Shown piece by piece: positions 33,803 through 43,723 of a DNA stretch of 64,000 bases (within the stretch, counting starts at the first letter, position 1; each line of letters begins with the position of its first letter). This stretch comes from an uncultured Thermococci archaeon. Lineage in GTDB: Archaea > CAYQAE01 > CAYVLA01. The position numbers and the translations under genes were made by a program. The DNA is taken from NCBI GenBank assembly GCA_964549615.1, contig CAZJVP010000011.1:1-64000 (forward strand), in the 5' to 3' direction. The notes under the pieces were generated by a model, which searched no databases, was not told where the DNA came from, and saw nothing but the letters and a program-made list of their open reading frames with translations.

Positions 33803-34387
33803 CTATTGGCTTTCGGCCGACGAGCCGCGGGCACGGATCGCCCGAAGAAGGGCTCTGCCGGCATTCCTTGCCTTCTCAAGCTCCGAGGGCTTCTTGAGGA
33901 TATCTCCCTTGTTTCGTGCGAGCACTCTCTCCCTGGCTACCGGCCTTGCGCCGTAGTACTCGAGCCAGCTCAGCATGATATCCTCGTGGGGCTCAAAGCC
34001 GGAGGATGCGGCGACGCTGATGAGCGCGAAGTCTAGGCTTGATAGAAGACTTCCCGCTTTGGACGCGTAGTAGCCGTGGCTTCGATCTATGAAGTCCTTC
34101 ATCCTGCCGGGAGGCCCATCCCAGTACACAGGCGCCCCTATGATTGCGCCCTTGGACTGGGCCAGTAGCTTGAGCAGTTGTTCCACGTCGTCATCCTGTA
34201 TGGCGCACCTGCCAAGCCTCATGCACTCCCGGCAGCCCCGACAGCTCTCGATCCTGTGTTCGTATATGCGGAGAAACCGGGTCTTCACTCCGGATTTCTG
34301 GACTTCGTCCAGCGCCGCGCGTACGGCTAGGTCTGTGTTGCCATCGACCCTGGGACTCCCGGAGACCCCGAGAACGAATTCCTCCAT
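33803..34387 (-). CDS. Iron-sulfur flavoprotein / flavodoxin-family protein
   Basis: SGSPRVDGNT, CRGCREC...C, GAPVYW, MKDFIDR. Confidence 0.9.
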   Translation of the reverse strand: MEEFVLGVSGSPRVDGNTDLAVRAALDEVQKSGVKTRFLRIYEHRIESCRGCRECMRLGRCAIQDDDVEQLLKLLAQSKGAIIGAPVYWDGPPGRMKDFIDRSHGYYASKAGSLLSSLDFALISVAASSGFEPHEDIMLSWLEYYGARPVARERVLARNKGDILKKPSELEKARNAGRALLRAIRARGSSAESQ

Positions 34388-35214
34388 CAGACAGCCCCTG
34401 CCTTGGCCATGACCGAGTCAAGCGCCTTCTTGGCCGCCTCTGCCACTAGGTCGGGATCCTTGGACCAGAGATCCTTGTTGAAGAGCTCCACCGAAAGGTC
34501 GCCGTCGTAGCCCATCTCATCGAGCGTCCTAATGAATTCGACGACGTCCATGCTACCCTGCCCCGGCAGCACCCTCTTTGAGTCTTCGAGCTCGGCTACC
34601 GGCAGCCCCGGTGCATCATCCATGTGGATCAGGAATATCCTGTCGACCGGTATGCGCCTGAGGTCGCGGGTCTTGCAGCCCCCCGTGAAGAAGTGGAAAA
34701 GGTCTATCGTGAGCCCCAGGTTGGGCGAGCCAACCTTCCTTATCAGGGGTAGGACGCTTGACGGCGTGTTGAAGAAGTCGCACTTACCTATGGGCTCGAG
34801 CCCGATTCTGATGCCGTAGTCGGCTGCCATGTCCGCCGTCTCGCCCGCCCTCTGGACGGCCATCTCGGTTGCCTGAGCGGGGGTGAGCTTGCCCTTGGAC
34901 GGTATGAAGAGCAGGGCATCGGTTGCCCCGATCTCTTGGGCGAATGCCATCGCCTCTCTGCGCTGCCGTTCCTTGGCCGAGAACTCGGCGGAAGGCTCGT
35001 AAAGGAAGCCGCCCAGGAGGAACCCCGCTACGTCCAGCGACGACGATTCCAGGATCCTTTTCAGGTCCTCCATCGACTTCTCCTTCGCATACGCTTGGGC
35101 CTTGTCCATGTGGAAGATCTCCACCGATTCGAAGCCGGCCTTCGATGCGGCCGTCAGGCAGCGCTCGAAGGGCACCCCGGAACCCAGGGTAATCGTGTTA
35201 AGGCATTTCCTCAC
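34387..35214 (-). CDS. Sugar phosphate isomerase/epimerase (xylose isomerase-like TIM barrel, IolI-like)
   Basis: GLEP, DLFHF, IHMDD, RVLPGQG, SVELF metal ligands. Confidence 0.88.
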   Translation of the reverse strand: MRKCLNTITLGSGVPFERCLTAASKAGFESVEIFHMDKAQAYAKEKSMEDLKRILESSSLDVAGFLLGGFLYEPSAEFSAKERQRREAMAFAQEIGATDALLFIPSKGKLTPAQATEMAVQRAGETADMAADYGIRIGLEPIGKCDFFNTPSSVLPLIRKVGSPNLGLTIDLFHFFTGGCKTRDLRRIPVDRIFLIHMDDAPGLPVAELEDSKRVLPGQGSMDVVEFIRTLDEMGYDGDLSVELFNKDLWSKDPDLVAEAAKKALDSVMAKAGAV

Positions 35215-35511
35215 ATGATTCCTCCGGTCTGCGTGAGCGGAGCCAGGCATTTATGTTTGAGTGCAGGGCTAAGGATGGCCCGTCCTTTCCGAACGAACCG
35301 AGGCTCATTCTGTGGTCTGGAACTTCGCCCAAGAGGCCGTCGCGTTTTGGGTCTCGCAACGGCTCCACACAAGTGCCGCGCTGGCCAAGTCTGACCCGGT
35401 TCTCCGGACACAAAGCCTAGGCCCGCCCAGAGCTTGACTGTGATCATGTACATTCATCCCGGGGAGAGGGGGTGTTTGCGCGCCCATTGGGATGTATAGG
35501 CCCATTGAGAT

Positions 35512-36261
35512 TCATAGGCCTCTTGAGAGCAGATCGGATCCGATCTGGATGAGGATGAAGTCCAAGAGGAAGATCCCCCCGGACAACGCGAGGAGCAGCA
35601 TTGGCCCCATGATGAGTGTGCCCGTGACCCCTCCGATCACGAAGATCAGCATGGGGAGAATTATGAGGGATCCCATCTGCATGGCGTAGTATGTCCGGTC
35701 AACCCTCGTGGAGATCATCAGCTCGACCAAGATGCCCAGCAGGGAAAAGGCCGGGACGGCTAGAAATACTAGCACGATCCAGCTTGCGTTCAGCACCGAC
35801 ACGGATCCGCCTGGGAAGGAGAGACTCACGACCGCCGATATGACCGCGAAGGCGGCAAGGGACGCGCCGAAGCCATAGGCCAAGGGCAGCAGACACTTGC
35901 CGAAGAACAGATCCATGTTGCTCAAGGGAAGGGCTAGGAGGGCCTCCAGCGTCTTCCTCTCCCGCTCGCCCGCGAAGGCGTCGGCCGCGATGGTCACGGG
36001 GAGCATCGTCGCCAACATCAGGAAGAAGGGCGGGGCCATGAAGTTGACGGCAAAGTAGATGGATTTCTGCATATCGGTCAGGCCAGGGGGAAACACCGAG
36101 TCGGGGAGATTCGGCAACTCGGTCGCCGCGTCCTCGGACGCTGAGGCCAAGATCATCATGGAGACGATGAAGATCAGCACTGCGGGAACAAGCACGATGC
36201 TGAACTTGAAGTACCCAGGCAGCTCCCTGAAATCCTTTCGCGCGATTGCCAGAGCCCTCAA
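35512..36261 (-). CDS. ABC-2 type exporter permease
   Basis: IARKDF N-terminus, FAGERERKTLEALLALPLS...GK, multiple TM helices. Confidence 0.9.
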   Translation of the reverse strand: MRALAIARKDFRELPGYFKFSIVLVPAVLIFIVSMMILASASEDAATELPNLPDSVFPPGLTDMQKSIYFAVNFMAPPFFLMLATMLPVTIAADAFAGERERKTLEALLALPLSNMDLFFGKCLLPLAYGFGASLAAFAVISAVVSLSFPGGSVSVLNASWIVLVFLAVPAFSLLGILVELMISTRVDRTYYAMQMGSLIILPMLIFVIGGVTGTLIMGPMLLLALSGGIFLLDFILIQIGSDLLSRGL

Positions 36262-37196
36262 GACCTGACCGCCTCCAGATATATGTCCTCCAAGGTCCTT
36301 GCTTCCCGGCGGAACTCCATGATCCTCCCGCCGAACCTTAGGATCGCCTCCACAAGCTTGTGGGCATTGTCGAACGGCGACGCGATGCGGACCCGAACCG
36401 ATCCATCACTTGGCTCCGCGGCTTGCACGTAATCCAGGCTGCGGAGCGCCTCTACCAACGACGCTTCAACTTCCTTGAGAACCACGACGTAGGTGCCCGC
36501 CTCCGTGGCTTCGCCCCGAAGATCCTTTGTCGAACCGATCATGATTATTCTACCGGATTTGATGATGGCGACCCGGGAACAGAGCGATTCTGCCTCAACG
36601 AGGTTGTGGGTGCAGAGGAAGATGGTCTTCCCAGCATCTCGGCTCATCTGCGCGATCTTGTCGCGCACCATCTTGGCCGATTCGGGGTCAAGGCCCGCAG
36701 TCGGTTCGTCCAGGAAGATCACGGGAGGGTCATGTACCAAGGTCCGAGCCAGAGCCAGTTTCTGCTTCATCCCCTTGGAGAATGTCCTGACCTTTGAAGT
36801 GCGGCGGGTCTGAAGCCCGAAGGCGCTCAGGAGCTCGTCTATCCTCCGCGCCCACTCCGCTCTAGGGACCTGGTACATCTCGCAGTAGAACCTGAGGTTC
36901 TCCTCGGCCGAGAGGCTCTCGTAGACCGACGGCGTCTCCGGGAGGAGGCCTATGCTGCTCTTGACTGTGACGGGTTCCTTGACGACATCCCTTCCCAGAA
37001 CGGTGGCTGTTCCGGACGTGGGTGGGATGAGGCCGCACATCATCCGAATCGTCGTTGTCTTGCCCGCCCCGTTGGGACCAAGAAGGCCGAAGACCTCACC
37101 CTCCCTGACCTGGAAGGATATTCCGTCCACGGCCGTGAGCCACCGGAATCTCTTGGTGAGGTTGTGCGCTGCAACCACCGGTTCCGACTCAGACAT
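36258..37196 (-). CDS. ABC-2 type exporter ATP-binding protein
   Basis: GPNGAGKTT, FSKGMKQK, FLDEPT, TH. Confidence 0.95.
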   Translation of the reverse strand: MSESEPVVAAHNLTKRFRWLTAVDGISFQVREGEVFGLLGPNGAGKTTTIRMMCGLIPPTSGTATVLGRDVVKEPVTVKSSIGLLPETPSVYESLSAEENLRFYCEMYQVPRAEWARRIDELLSAFGLQTRRTSKVRTFSKGMKQKLALARTLVHDPPVIFLDEPTAGLDPESAKMVRDKIAQMSRDAGKTIFLCTHNLVEAESLCSRVAIIKSGRIIMIGSTKDLRGEATEAGTYVVVLKEVEASLVEALRSLDYVQAAEPSDGSVRVRIASPFDNAHKLVEAILRFGGRIMEFRREARTLEDIYLEAVRS

Positions 37197-37611
37197 GGAA
37201 CTCGCCCTGCTCCATAAGCCTCTCCCAACTCTTCCTCGTCCTCCCGGCGATGCCAACGCTGTAGGCCCTGACCTTTAGGCCGAAGTCCCAAGGCTTGACG
37301 GGCGCCCTGTCGACGAACTTTTTCAGGACCAGAGCGATCTTGGCTTGCACCGACTTATCGATCGGGGAGATCATGATGTCGCTGATGTCCTCGGGCTTGA
37401 GCCAGCCTGGAAAGCCGAGCCCGGCTCTCATCCTGTACCTGTCGTGGTAGACCCTGATCGTATAGACGCCCCCTTCTATATCGAAGTCATCTCCGTTCTC
37501 CACCTGGGAGTGAACGAAGGGTAGGCCTATCTCTCCGAGGATCTGCTCTAGGATTTTGGCCGCCTCCCGGTAGTGGAAGGGGTAGCTTGAGCGCCACGTG
37601 TCCTTTGCCAT
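37189..37611 (-). CDS. Hypothetical protein, first gene of the ABC operon
   Basis: Overlaps the ATPase start; AGGAG SD upstream; no motif recognised. Confidence 0.65.
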   Translation of the reverse strand: MAKDTWRSSYPFHYREAAKILEQILGEIGLPFVHSQVENGDDFDIEGGVYTIRVYHDRYRMRAGLGFPGWLKPEDISDIMISPIDKSVQAKIALVLKKFVDRAPVKPWDFGLKVRAYSVGIAGRTRKSWERLMEQGEFHV

Positions 37612-38378
37612 GCTGCTCCTCACCCCGGTCTGGGTGACGTGGGCACCGCCTCGAAAGCCGGATCACGGGCGGCCAAGGAAGGCATGCTCAGGGGCCCTTT
37701 GCTCGGCTTCGGCTTGTATCTCTTCGTAGGTTTCGCCTTTCTCTTGACGGCCTGCTCGTTCGGATTGCCTTGGCCCGCGGTTCTGGCGCCTGGCCCCAAG
37801 CCATCTCCCTCGTGGTGCGCCTAGTATCCGAGCTTGTCAGTTCAATGTCTTTAAAAATTTCAAGGCGGGCCACTTTCCGATGGGCCTGGGATACTTCTAG
37901 CGCGCGTGCGACCACGCATCGCTCGGGGTGTGGGAGGCTTCCTTGACCTTGCAGACCGTATCGGGGGCGTAGTTGCCCGCCCCGGATGACGGGTTCGACC
38001 GCCGCCTCGGGTTGAGGAGGATGCACATTGCAGGCGAGCGCGGTGATCGCGCAGGTGGAAGCTAGGGATGATCTTGTGGCTGCAGGCATCGTAGTGGGTG
38101 ACGGAGACGATGGAGTTGACCGAGCTCGGGACCAGGAAGGCGCATGGGGGGTTTCATCTTCCTTTGGACGGAGGCACTCTCTCAAGGTCGGGGACACGGC
38201 CATAGGCCGCATCGTGAGAGACTGCGGTGCGACCAAGAACCGACGACGAGGCCGCCATGAGGCTGTCAAAGTAACTCAGCCCATGCCGGATCCCCGCCGC
38301 TTCTTGGCCTTTCCTCGTCTTGCGCGAATCGCCCGGACATGCACCCACATTTATCTTTACGCTGCTGTCGGCCGTGGC

Positions 38379-39611
38379 GTGGCGCGGGCCCGCCTGGCCT
38401 TGATGGCCATAGTGGTGCTTTCGTCGTGCTACCCCGGTTGCGGGGCGAAAAGGATCAAGGTGCTTCTCACCGGCCAGATCGACAACGCGATAGAGCCGCT
38501 GCAGATGTGGTTTGCCTCCGAGCCCCTGGTTGACTATCTGCCGGTTCCATCGCGGGACCTTGCGGGCAACCTGGGTGGGGACGAGGCAATGAAGAGGTTC
38601 ATCCGTCTCTACTTCCCCCGCACCCTGAGGGACATCAAGGCCTTCGACTTCATCCTGCTCAACTCGCCCGTCGTGTACCTCTTCACCTCCGAGCAGCTGG
38701 CTTGGATGTACGAAGCGATCGTCGATGGAACCGGCGGGCTGAACACGGCAAGCGTCATGAGCCAGGACGCAAGCATCCACGGGGCGTGGGCCGCCTCGAT
38801 CCTGCAGACGGCATTCCCCAACGATGCGCCCGCCGTGGTCGCGAGATACAAGGGAGCAACGAGCCCGATAGGCGCGTTCCGCATCCGGGTCAACCGCGAG
38901 TTCCCGCAGCCGGTGCTTACGCCCTTCATCCCGCTTGGGGTGGAGACCTTCAATGGCTATGACTCGCGGATCATCATAGCTCGCGAGGGCTCGTCGACGC
39001 TGGCATGGCAGGTCGGAAACTTCCCTGCCCTTGGCGAGGTGCCGTACATCGTGGTCTGGGACTACCAGCTCGGAAGGACGATCACGACGGGCGATGCATT
39101 CGGCCACACGTTCTGGAGCTCCTACCGCGGAGGAAGGATCACCGACAACATCTACGCCCTGGACATGCTCATGAACATGATATTCTACTGCACCCGGCGG
39201 GAACTTCCGGCCGACGTCCTGGCCTTCCACAACATGAGGACCACCTTTGTGGACTTCCGCACGAGGATGGGGCTGCTCGCCGCCTTGATGGAGTTCATCG
39301 ACAGGTTCGGCGCCAACCCGGATCCCATCCAGCGCAAGGCTGCGGAGCTTGAGAAGCTGGCGGGAGCCGCGAGGGAGAGCTACCTGTCACAGGACTTTGA
39401 GACCTGCAGTAGGCTGATGGAGTCGGCCATCGCCGGGTTCTCTGAGGCGGAGGATGTGGCGATTGAGCTAAGGAGAAGGGCCCTGCTGTGGGTTTACGCC
39501 ATAGAGTGGATGGCGACGACGGGGGCGATCATGATCTCAAGCTCCGTCCTCTGGGCGTTGATGGTTAGGCGGAGGCTGTACAAGACAGTGGCCACCACGA
39601 GGGCTGGTTGA
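38379..39611 (+). CDS. Surface-protein paralogue 3
   Basis: GTG start about 25 nt after TTTATC; signal peptide; RLYFPRT, FIDRFGANP, LLWVYAIEW, WALMVRRRLY. Confidence 0.88.
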   Translation: MARARLALMAIVVLSSCYPGCGAKRIKVLLTGQIDNAIEPLQMWFASEPLVDYLPVPSRDLAGNLGGDEAMKRFIRLYFPRTLRDIKAFDFILLNSPVVYLFTSEQLAWMYEAIVDGTGGLNTASVMSQDASIHGAWAASILQTAFPNDAPAVVARYKGATSPIGAFRIRVNREFPQPVLTPFIPLGVETFNGYDSRIIIAREGSSTLAWQVGNFPALGEVPYIVVWDYQLGRTITTGDAFGHTFWSSYRGGRITDNIYALDMLMNMIFYCTRRELPADVLAFHNMRTTFVDFRTRMGLLAALMEFIDRFGANPDPIQRKAAELEKLAGAARESYLSQDFETCSRLMESAIAGFSEAEDVAIELRRRALLWVYAIEWMATTGAIMISSSVLWALMVRRRLYKTVATTRAG

Positions 39612-39679
39612 GGATCTCCGCAAGTTGGGCCGGGCCGGGGAAGCCTTTACAAGCCGCCGCGGGCGCCCAGTGGGGTGGG

Positions 39680-40021
39680 ATGACGATGCGCAAGCTTTCC
39701 ATCTACGGTTTGCCTCAGGGCAAGGCCAATATCTTGGATGCGCTCCTGCCTATCGGGACCGTCTTCGTGGGCGGGCTGCACTTCTACAAGCCGGGAGAGA
39801 GGGCGCATGCCAGCGAGGCGAGGCACGTGCATGCGGATCACTACGAGATCTTCGTGAACGTGCAGGGCAAGGGGGTCGTCGAGGTCGAGGGCGTAGATTA
39901 CGAGTTTCGGACAGGTGATGTCATCCTGATAGAGCCCGGCGAGTCCCATCACGTGAGGTCGGACGAGGTAGATCCTCTGGTCAATCTGTGGATGGGAGCC
40001 AAAGCATCGGGTCCGCCATGA
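39680..40021 (+). CDS. Cupin domain protein
   Basis: HVH...EIF...G.G and GDVILIEPGESHH cupin motifs. Confidence 0.85.
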   Translation: MTMRKLSIYGLPQGKANILDALLPIGTVFVGGLHFYKPGERAHASEARHVHADHYEIFVNVQGKGVVEVEGVDYEFRTGDVILIEPGESHHVRSDEVDPLVNLWMGAKASGPP

Positions 40022-40117
40022 AAGGCGCTGGTCTGCCAGGCAAGCCGCCGTCCGCCGCCGGATATGTTGCGCCCGGTTGTGCGAGATCACCGACGCCCAA
40101 GGGGGAGGGTGGGAGCA

Positions 40118-40783
40118 TCAGGGAGGGGCCATGAGCTCGTAGAGCGCAAAGCGGTTTCTGCTGCCCACCTTCGCTGCGGAGCCGGAGACGCGCAGGGTGT
40201 AGGCCACCTTATCCGCCAGGTTCCTTCCGATCCCCGCCTTCTCCGCAATATCGGCCGTCGTGAAGGGAGACGGAAGGTCGTGGGGAAGCAACGCGGCAAG
40301 GTCCGCAGGGCCTCTGATGACCCATCGCCCAAGAACCGCGACCAGCCTGGTGTTGCGGGCCCTATTCCTCCTAGACATCTCTCCCCTCTCGTGGAGCCTA
40401 AGTATCTCGATGCTGACCCTGCCGTGCGGTATGAGCGGTGCGATGTATACAAGCTCATCAAATGCCCTGATGGGCGAAAACCTTCTTCTTAGCTTCCTAG
40501 TCCTTCCCAGCGGAAGCCTCACCTCAAGGATTGCCTGCATGGGGTAGACCACGCACACCGAGTATCCGCCTTCAAGCAGGCCTTGGATCTTGGGCCTTAT
40601 CCTGTAGAAAGCCTTCGTCTGGATCTCGTATGCCTGCGTGCCGGCGAGCACGTCGACCTTGTATCCGCAGGCCTCTTGCTCGATGAGACCGCCGCGGCAG
40701 TAAGCGTAGTATGACTTGAGGTCCCTGTGAAGGCTTGACTCCCGCAGCCCCATCATGTCCGAGACGTAGCTCGTCTTAGGCAT
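40118..40783 (-). CDS. Putative PD-(D/E)XK-fold nuclease-like protein with C-terminal HTH; start uncertain
   Basis: ESSLHRDLK, E..GYKVDV, YEIQT; PSPFTTADIAEKAGI...YTL wHTH-like end. Confidence 0.6.
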   Translation of the reverse strand: MPKTSYVSDMMGLRESSLHRDLKSYYAYCRGGLIEQEACGYKVDVLAGTQAYEIQTKAFYRIRPKIQGLLEGGYSVCVVYPMQAILEVRLPLGRTRKLRRRFSPIRAFDELVYIAPLIPHGRVSIEILRLHERGEMSRRNRARNTRLVAVLGRWVIRGPADLAALLPHDLPSPFTTADIAEKAGIGRNLADKVAYTLRVSGSAAKVGSRNRFALYELMAPP

Positions 40784-41037
40784 CCTTGGCCCCCTTTTTG
40801 GTGTTGTGAGGTAAGCTGGCTGCACGACGAGAAATCGATAGTTCGGATCCCCCTATCGGAAGGATCGGGGGCCTGTCCGAGGAGGGCGGTCACGAAGGCC
40901 GGGCGCGCTGCAGGGTTATTAAATCGGACGTGGTGCACCCCGGACCCCCAGTTGGGTCCCGGCAACCGGGACCGAGAAAGCCCCCAGAAAAGAGTTAAGA
41001 AACCCAGCTCAGACCTGAGTCAAACTGAGGGCTGTTA

Positions 41038-41574
41038 GTGTCATCCAGCTTCAAGTACATCGTCCGCATGTTCGGCACCGATGTCGACGGCAATAAGCCC
41101 ATCATGCTCGGGCTGACCAGCATAAAGGGCATTGGGTTCCACATGGCCTTCTCCATCGCTAGGTCCCTTGGGCTGGACTTGAGTAGGAAGATGGGAGATC
41201 TCTCCGACGAGGAGGTATCGAGGCTCACCAAGGCTCTGGAGGACCCGGTGTCCTTCGGCGTGCCGCACTGGATGGTGAACAGGCAGAAGGACTTTGAAAC
41301 CGGGAAGGATCTACACCTGAATACCTCAGATCTCATCATGGCCGTGCGCGACGACATCACGCGGATGAAGAAGATCCGCTGCTACAAGGGCGTCAGGCAC
41401 GAGCGCGGGCTGAAGGTTCGAGGGCAGCGGACCCGTTCCACGGGCCGCAAGGGCCTGGTCGTCGGCGTCAAGAAGAAGAAGGGCGGCGGATTGCTGAGGG
41501 AGGCGCCCGCCGAGAAGGGCCAGAAGGCCAAGGAGGCCCCGTCCGAAAAGGGCAAGGAGAAGGCCAGCGAGTAG
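41038..41574 (+). CDS. rps13: 30S ribosomal protein S13 (uS13) with charged C-terminal extension
   Basis: [36 protein letters not shown]. Confidence 0.97.
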   Translation: MSSSFKYIVRMFGTDVDGNKPIMLGLTSIKGIGFHMAFSIARSLGLDLSRKMGDLSDEEVSRLTKALEDPVSFGVPHWMVNRQKDFETGKDLHLNTSDLIMAVRDDITRMKKIRCYKGVRHERGLKVRGQRTRSTGRKGLVVGVKKKKGGGLLREAPAEKGQKAKEAPSEKGKEKASE

Positions 41575-41582
41575 GTGGTGGC

Positions 41583-42122
41583 TTGGGCGGCCCGAGGAAG
41601 CTTCACAAGAAGTACGAGAAGCCCAGACATCCCTGGGACAGCGCTAACCTGGAGAGGGAAGCCGCCATCCGGAAGAAGTACGGCCTCAAGACCAAGAGGG
41701 AGATCTGGAGGGCGGAGACCATCCTGCGAGGCTTTAGGCGCCAGGCCCGGCAGCTTCAGGCGCTGAAAGGCCCAGCCGCGGAGAAGCAGAAGGCCGAGCT
41801 GATCAGGAGGCTCATGTCCCTGAACCTGGTCAAGGAGGGCGGGACCCTGGATGACGTGCTGAGGCTCAGCTTGGAGGATGTGCTGAACCGCAGGCTTGAT
41901 GCAGTGGTCTATTCCAAGGGGCTTGCGTCCACTCCTAGGCAGGCTAGACAGTTCATAAGGCACGGCCACATCGTGATCAAGAACCGGGTGGTCACGGTTC
42001 CAAGCTACATGGTCCTTGCGAACGAGGAGGGCTTCATTGGCCACCGGAAGGGCTCGACGGTTCAGCAGATAGTTGTGGCGCGGTCCCCGGAGCCGGGCGG
42101 GCCGGAGAAGAAGGAGGGCTAG
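41583..42122 (+). CDS. rps4: 30S ribosomal protein S4 (uS4)
   Basis: [41 protein letters not shown]. Confidence 0.97.
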   Translation: MGGPRKLHKKYEKPRHPWDSANLEREAAIRKKYGLKTKREIWRAETILRGFRRQARQLQALKGPAAEKQKAELIRRLMSLNLVKEGGTLDDVLRLSLEDVLNRRLDAVVYSKGLASTPRQARQFIRHGHIVIKNRVVTVPSYMVLANEEGFIGHRKGSTVQQIVVARSPEPGGPEKKEG

Positions 42123-42125
42123 TCG

Positions 42126-42515
42126 ATGGCTAAGGACAAAGAGGGCGTGGCGCACATCTACTCCAGCTACAACAACACGATCATCCACATAACCGACCTC
42201 ACCGGGGCCGAGACGATCAGCTTCTGGTCCGGCGGGAGGGTGGTGAAGCAGGACAGGATGGAGGCGACGCCGTACGCAGCGATGAAGGCTGCCATGGGGG
42301 CAGCCGAGGAAGCCAAGGAAAAGGGGATAACGAGGATACACATCAAGGTCCGGGCCCAGGGCGGCTCGAAGGCCAAGACTCCCGGCCCGGGGGCGCAGGC
42401 CGCCATAAGGGCGCTCGCACGGGCCGGCCTCATCCCGGGCAGGATAGAGGACGTGACGCCCATTCCACATGATGGGACGAAGGGCAAAGGCGGCAAGCGG
42501 GGAAGAAGGGTCTAG
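42126..42515 (+). CDS. rps11: 30S ribosomal protein S11 (uS11)
   Basis: [43 protein letters not shown]. Confidence 0.97.
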   Translation: MAKDKEGVAHIYSSYNNTIIHITDLTGAETISFWSGGRVVKQDRMEATPYAAMKAAMGAAEEAKEKGITRIHIKVRAQGGSKAKTPGPGAQAAIRALARAGLIPGRIEDVTPIPHDGTKGKGGKRGRRV

Positions 42516-42521
42516 GGCCCG

Positions 42522-43295
42522 GTGCTTTGCTTGAAGTTCCAGATCCTGAGCCGCAGCGAGATGGAGATCGAGATGCTGGTGGAGGGGATCTCCCCTGCCC
42601 TGGCTAACGCCTTGAGGCGGGCGATGATGACCGAGGTCCCCACCATGTGCATCGACGACATAGAGGTCTTCGAGAACTCCTCCTCGCTGTATGACGAGAT
42701 TCTGGCCCACAGGCTGGGGCTGATACCGCTAAAGACCGACCTTGAGAACTACGTCCTGCCCGAGGAGTGCAGGTGCGAGGGCAGGGGCTGCAGCTCGTGT
42801 TCGCTGACCTTCATACTGGACCGCGAGGGCCCCGGCACCGTTCACAGCGGGGACCTCCAGTCCGAGGACCCGAGGATATTCCCGGTCAGCGACGACATCC
42901 CGATCGTCAAGCTGGCCGAGGGCGAGCGTATAAGGATGCAGTGCACGGCCGTTCTGGGCAAGGGGCTAGTGCACGCCAAGTGGCAGCCCGGCGTTGTGTC
43001 CTACAAGATGGTCCACCAAGTCGAGGTGCCGGACGGCTGTGATGCCGCGGTTGTCGAGAAGTGCACGAGGGGCGTGTTCGGACTCGAGGATGGCCGGGTG
43101 GCCGTGAAGGACACGACCCGCTGCAACCTGTGCGGCATCTGCCGCAAGCTCTGCCCCGACATCAAGATCTCAACCCGAAGCGACAGGTTCGTCTTCAGGA
43201 TAGAGTCCAACGGGAGCCTGCCTGCCGACGCAATATTCTTCAAAGCAGTCGAAGCATTAAAATCCAAGGCCGAGGAGTTCTCGGAGAAGATTTGA
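42522..43295 (+). CDS. rpoD: RNA polymerase subunit D (Rpo3) with Fe-S cluster domain
   Basis: ANALRR...EVPT, DEILAHRLGLIP, HAKWQP, CNLCGICRKLC. Confidence 0.96.
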   Translation: MLCLKFQILSRSEMEIEMLVEGISPALANALRRAMMTEVPTMCIDDIEVFENSSSLYDEILAHRLGLIPLKTDLENYVLPEECRCEGRGCSSCSLTFILDREGPGTVHSGDLQSEDPRIFPVSDDIPIVKLAEGERIRMQCTAVLGKGLVHAKWQPGVVSYKMVHQVEVPDGCDAAVVEKCTRGVFGLEDGRVAVKDTTRCNLCGICRKLCPDIKISTRSDRFVFRIESNGSLPADAIFFKAVEALKSKAEEFSEKI

Positions 43296-43302
43296 GCCAG
43301 GC

Positions 43303-43390
43303 GCGGGGGTGGCCGAGCTTGGACAAAGGCGCAGGCTTGAGGAGCCTGTGACGTAGGTCTGCGCGGGTTCGAACCCCGTCCCCCGCACCA
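43303..43390 (+). tRNA. tRNA-Leu (GAG) with encoded CCA
   Basis: GCGGGGG acceptor, CAGGC TT GAG GA GCCTG, long variable arm, ACCA end. Confidence 0.95.
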
Positions 43391-43529
43391 TACCTCGATA
43401 GTTCTTGCCGGAGTCCGGGAGGCCTATGGAAGACATAGCGACCTCGGCCTCACTATCTTGCCAGCTAGATGCGCGAGGCCCTGACTGACGGGGCTAGGGG
43501 CGAGAGGCAGGTCCATCGCTGTCGAGCTT

Positions 43530-43615
43530 CTAGAATCAAGCTCGTCCACCGGGTACTGGAGCATCAGGGGGACTATCCTGTCGTACTCGAAGCCAGCCGG
43601 ACGATGTGTACGGCG
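43530..43615 (-). pseudogene. Short remnant resembling the N-terminus of DUF6293/HFX_2341-type regulators
   Basis: VHIV / GFEYDRIVPLMLQYPVDEL split across frames. Confidence 0.3.
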
Positions 43616-43723
43616 GGCTGCCTCATCTGCGGCTGACTACATATGCGGCCCCTTCTACTAGGCAGAGGTCCCGCCGGTGAACTACAGCCGGGCCGTCACC
43701 TAGGCGGGGCAGCTGTGCCCATG

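Noticed and set aside
37688-37804. 38-aa Arg-rich ORF after a TATA element and SD-like site
   Set aside because: Too short and low-complexity to support; may simply be the leader of the ABC operon
38028-38378. N-terminal extensions of paralogue 3 (and 58168-58602 for paralogue 8)
   Set aside because: Low-information sequence upstream of the signal peptides; the second overlaps the opposite-strand PRC-barrel gene
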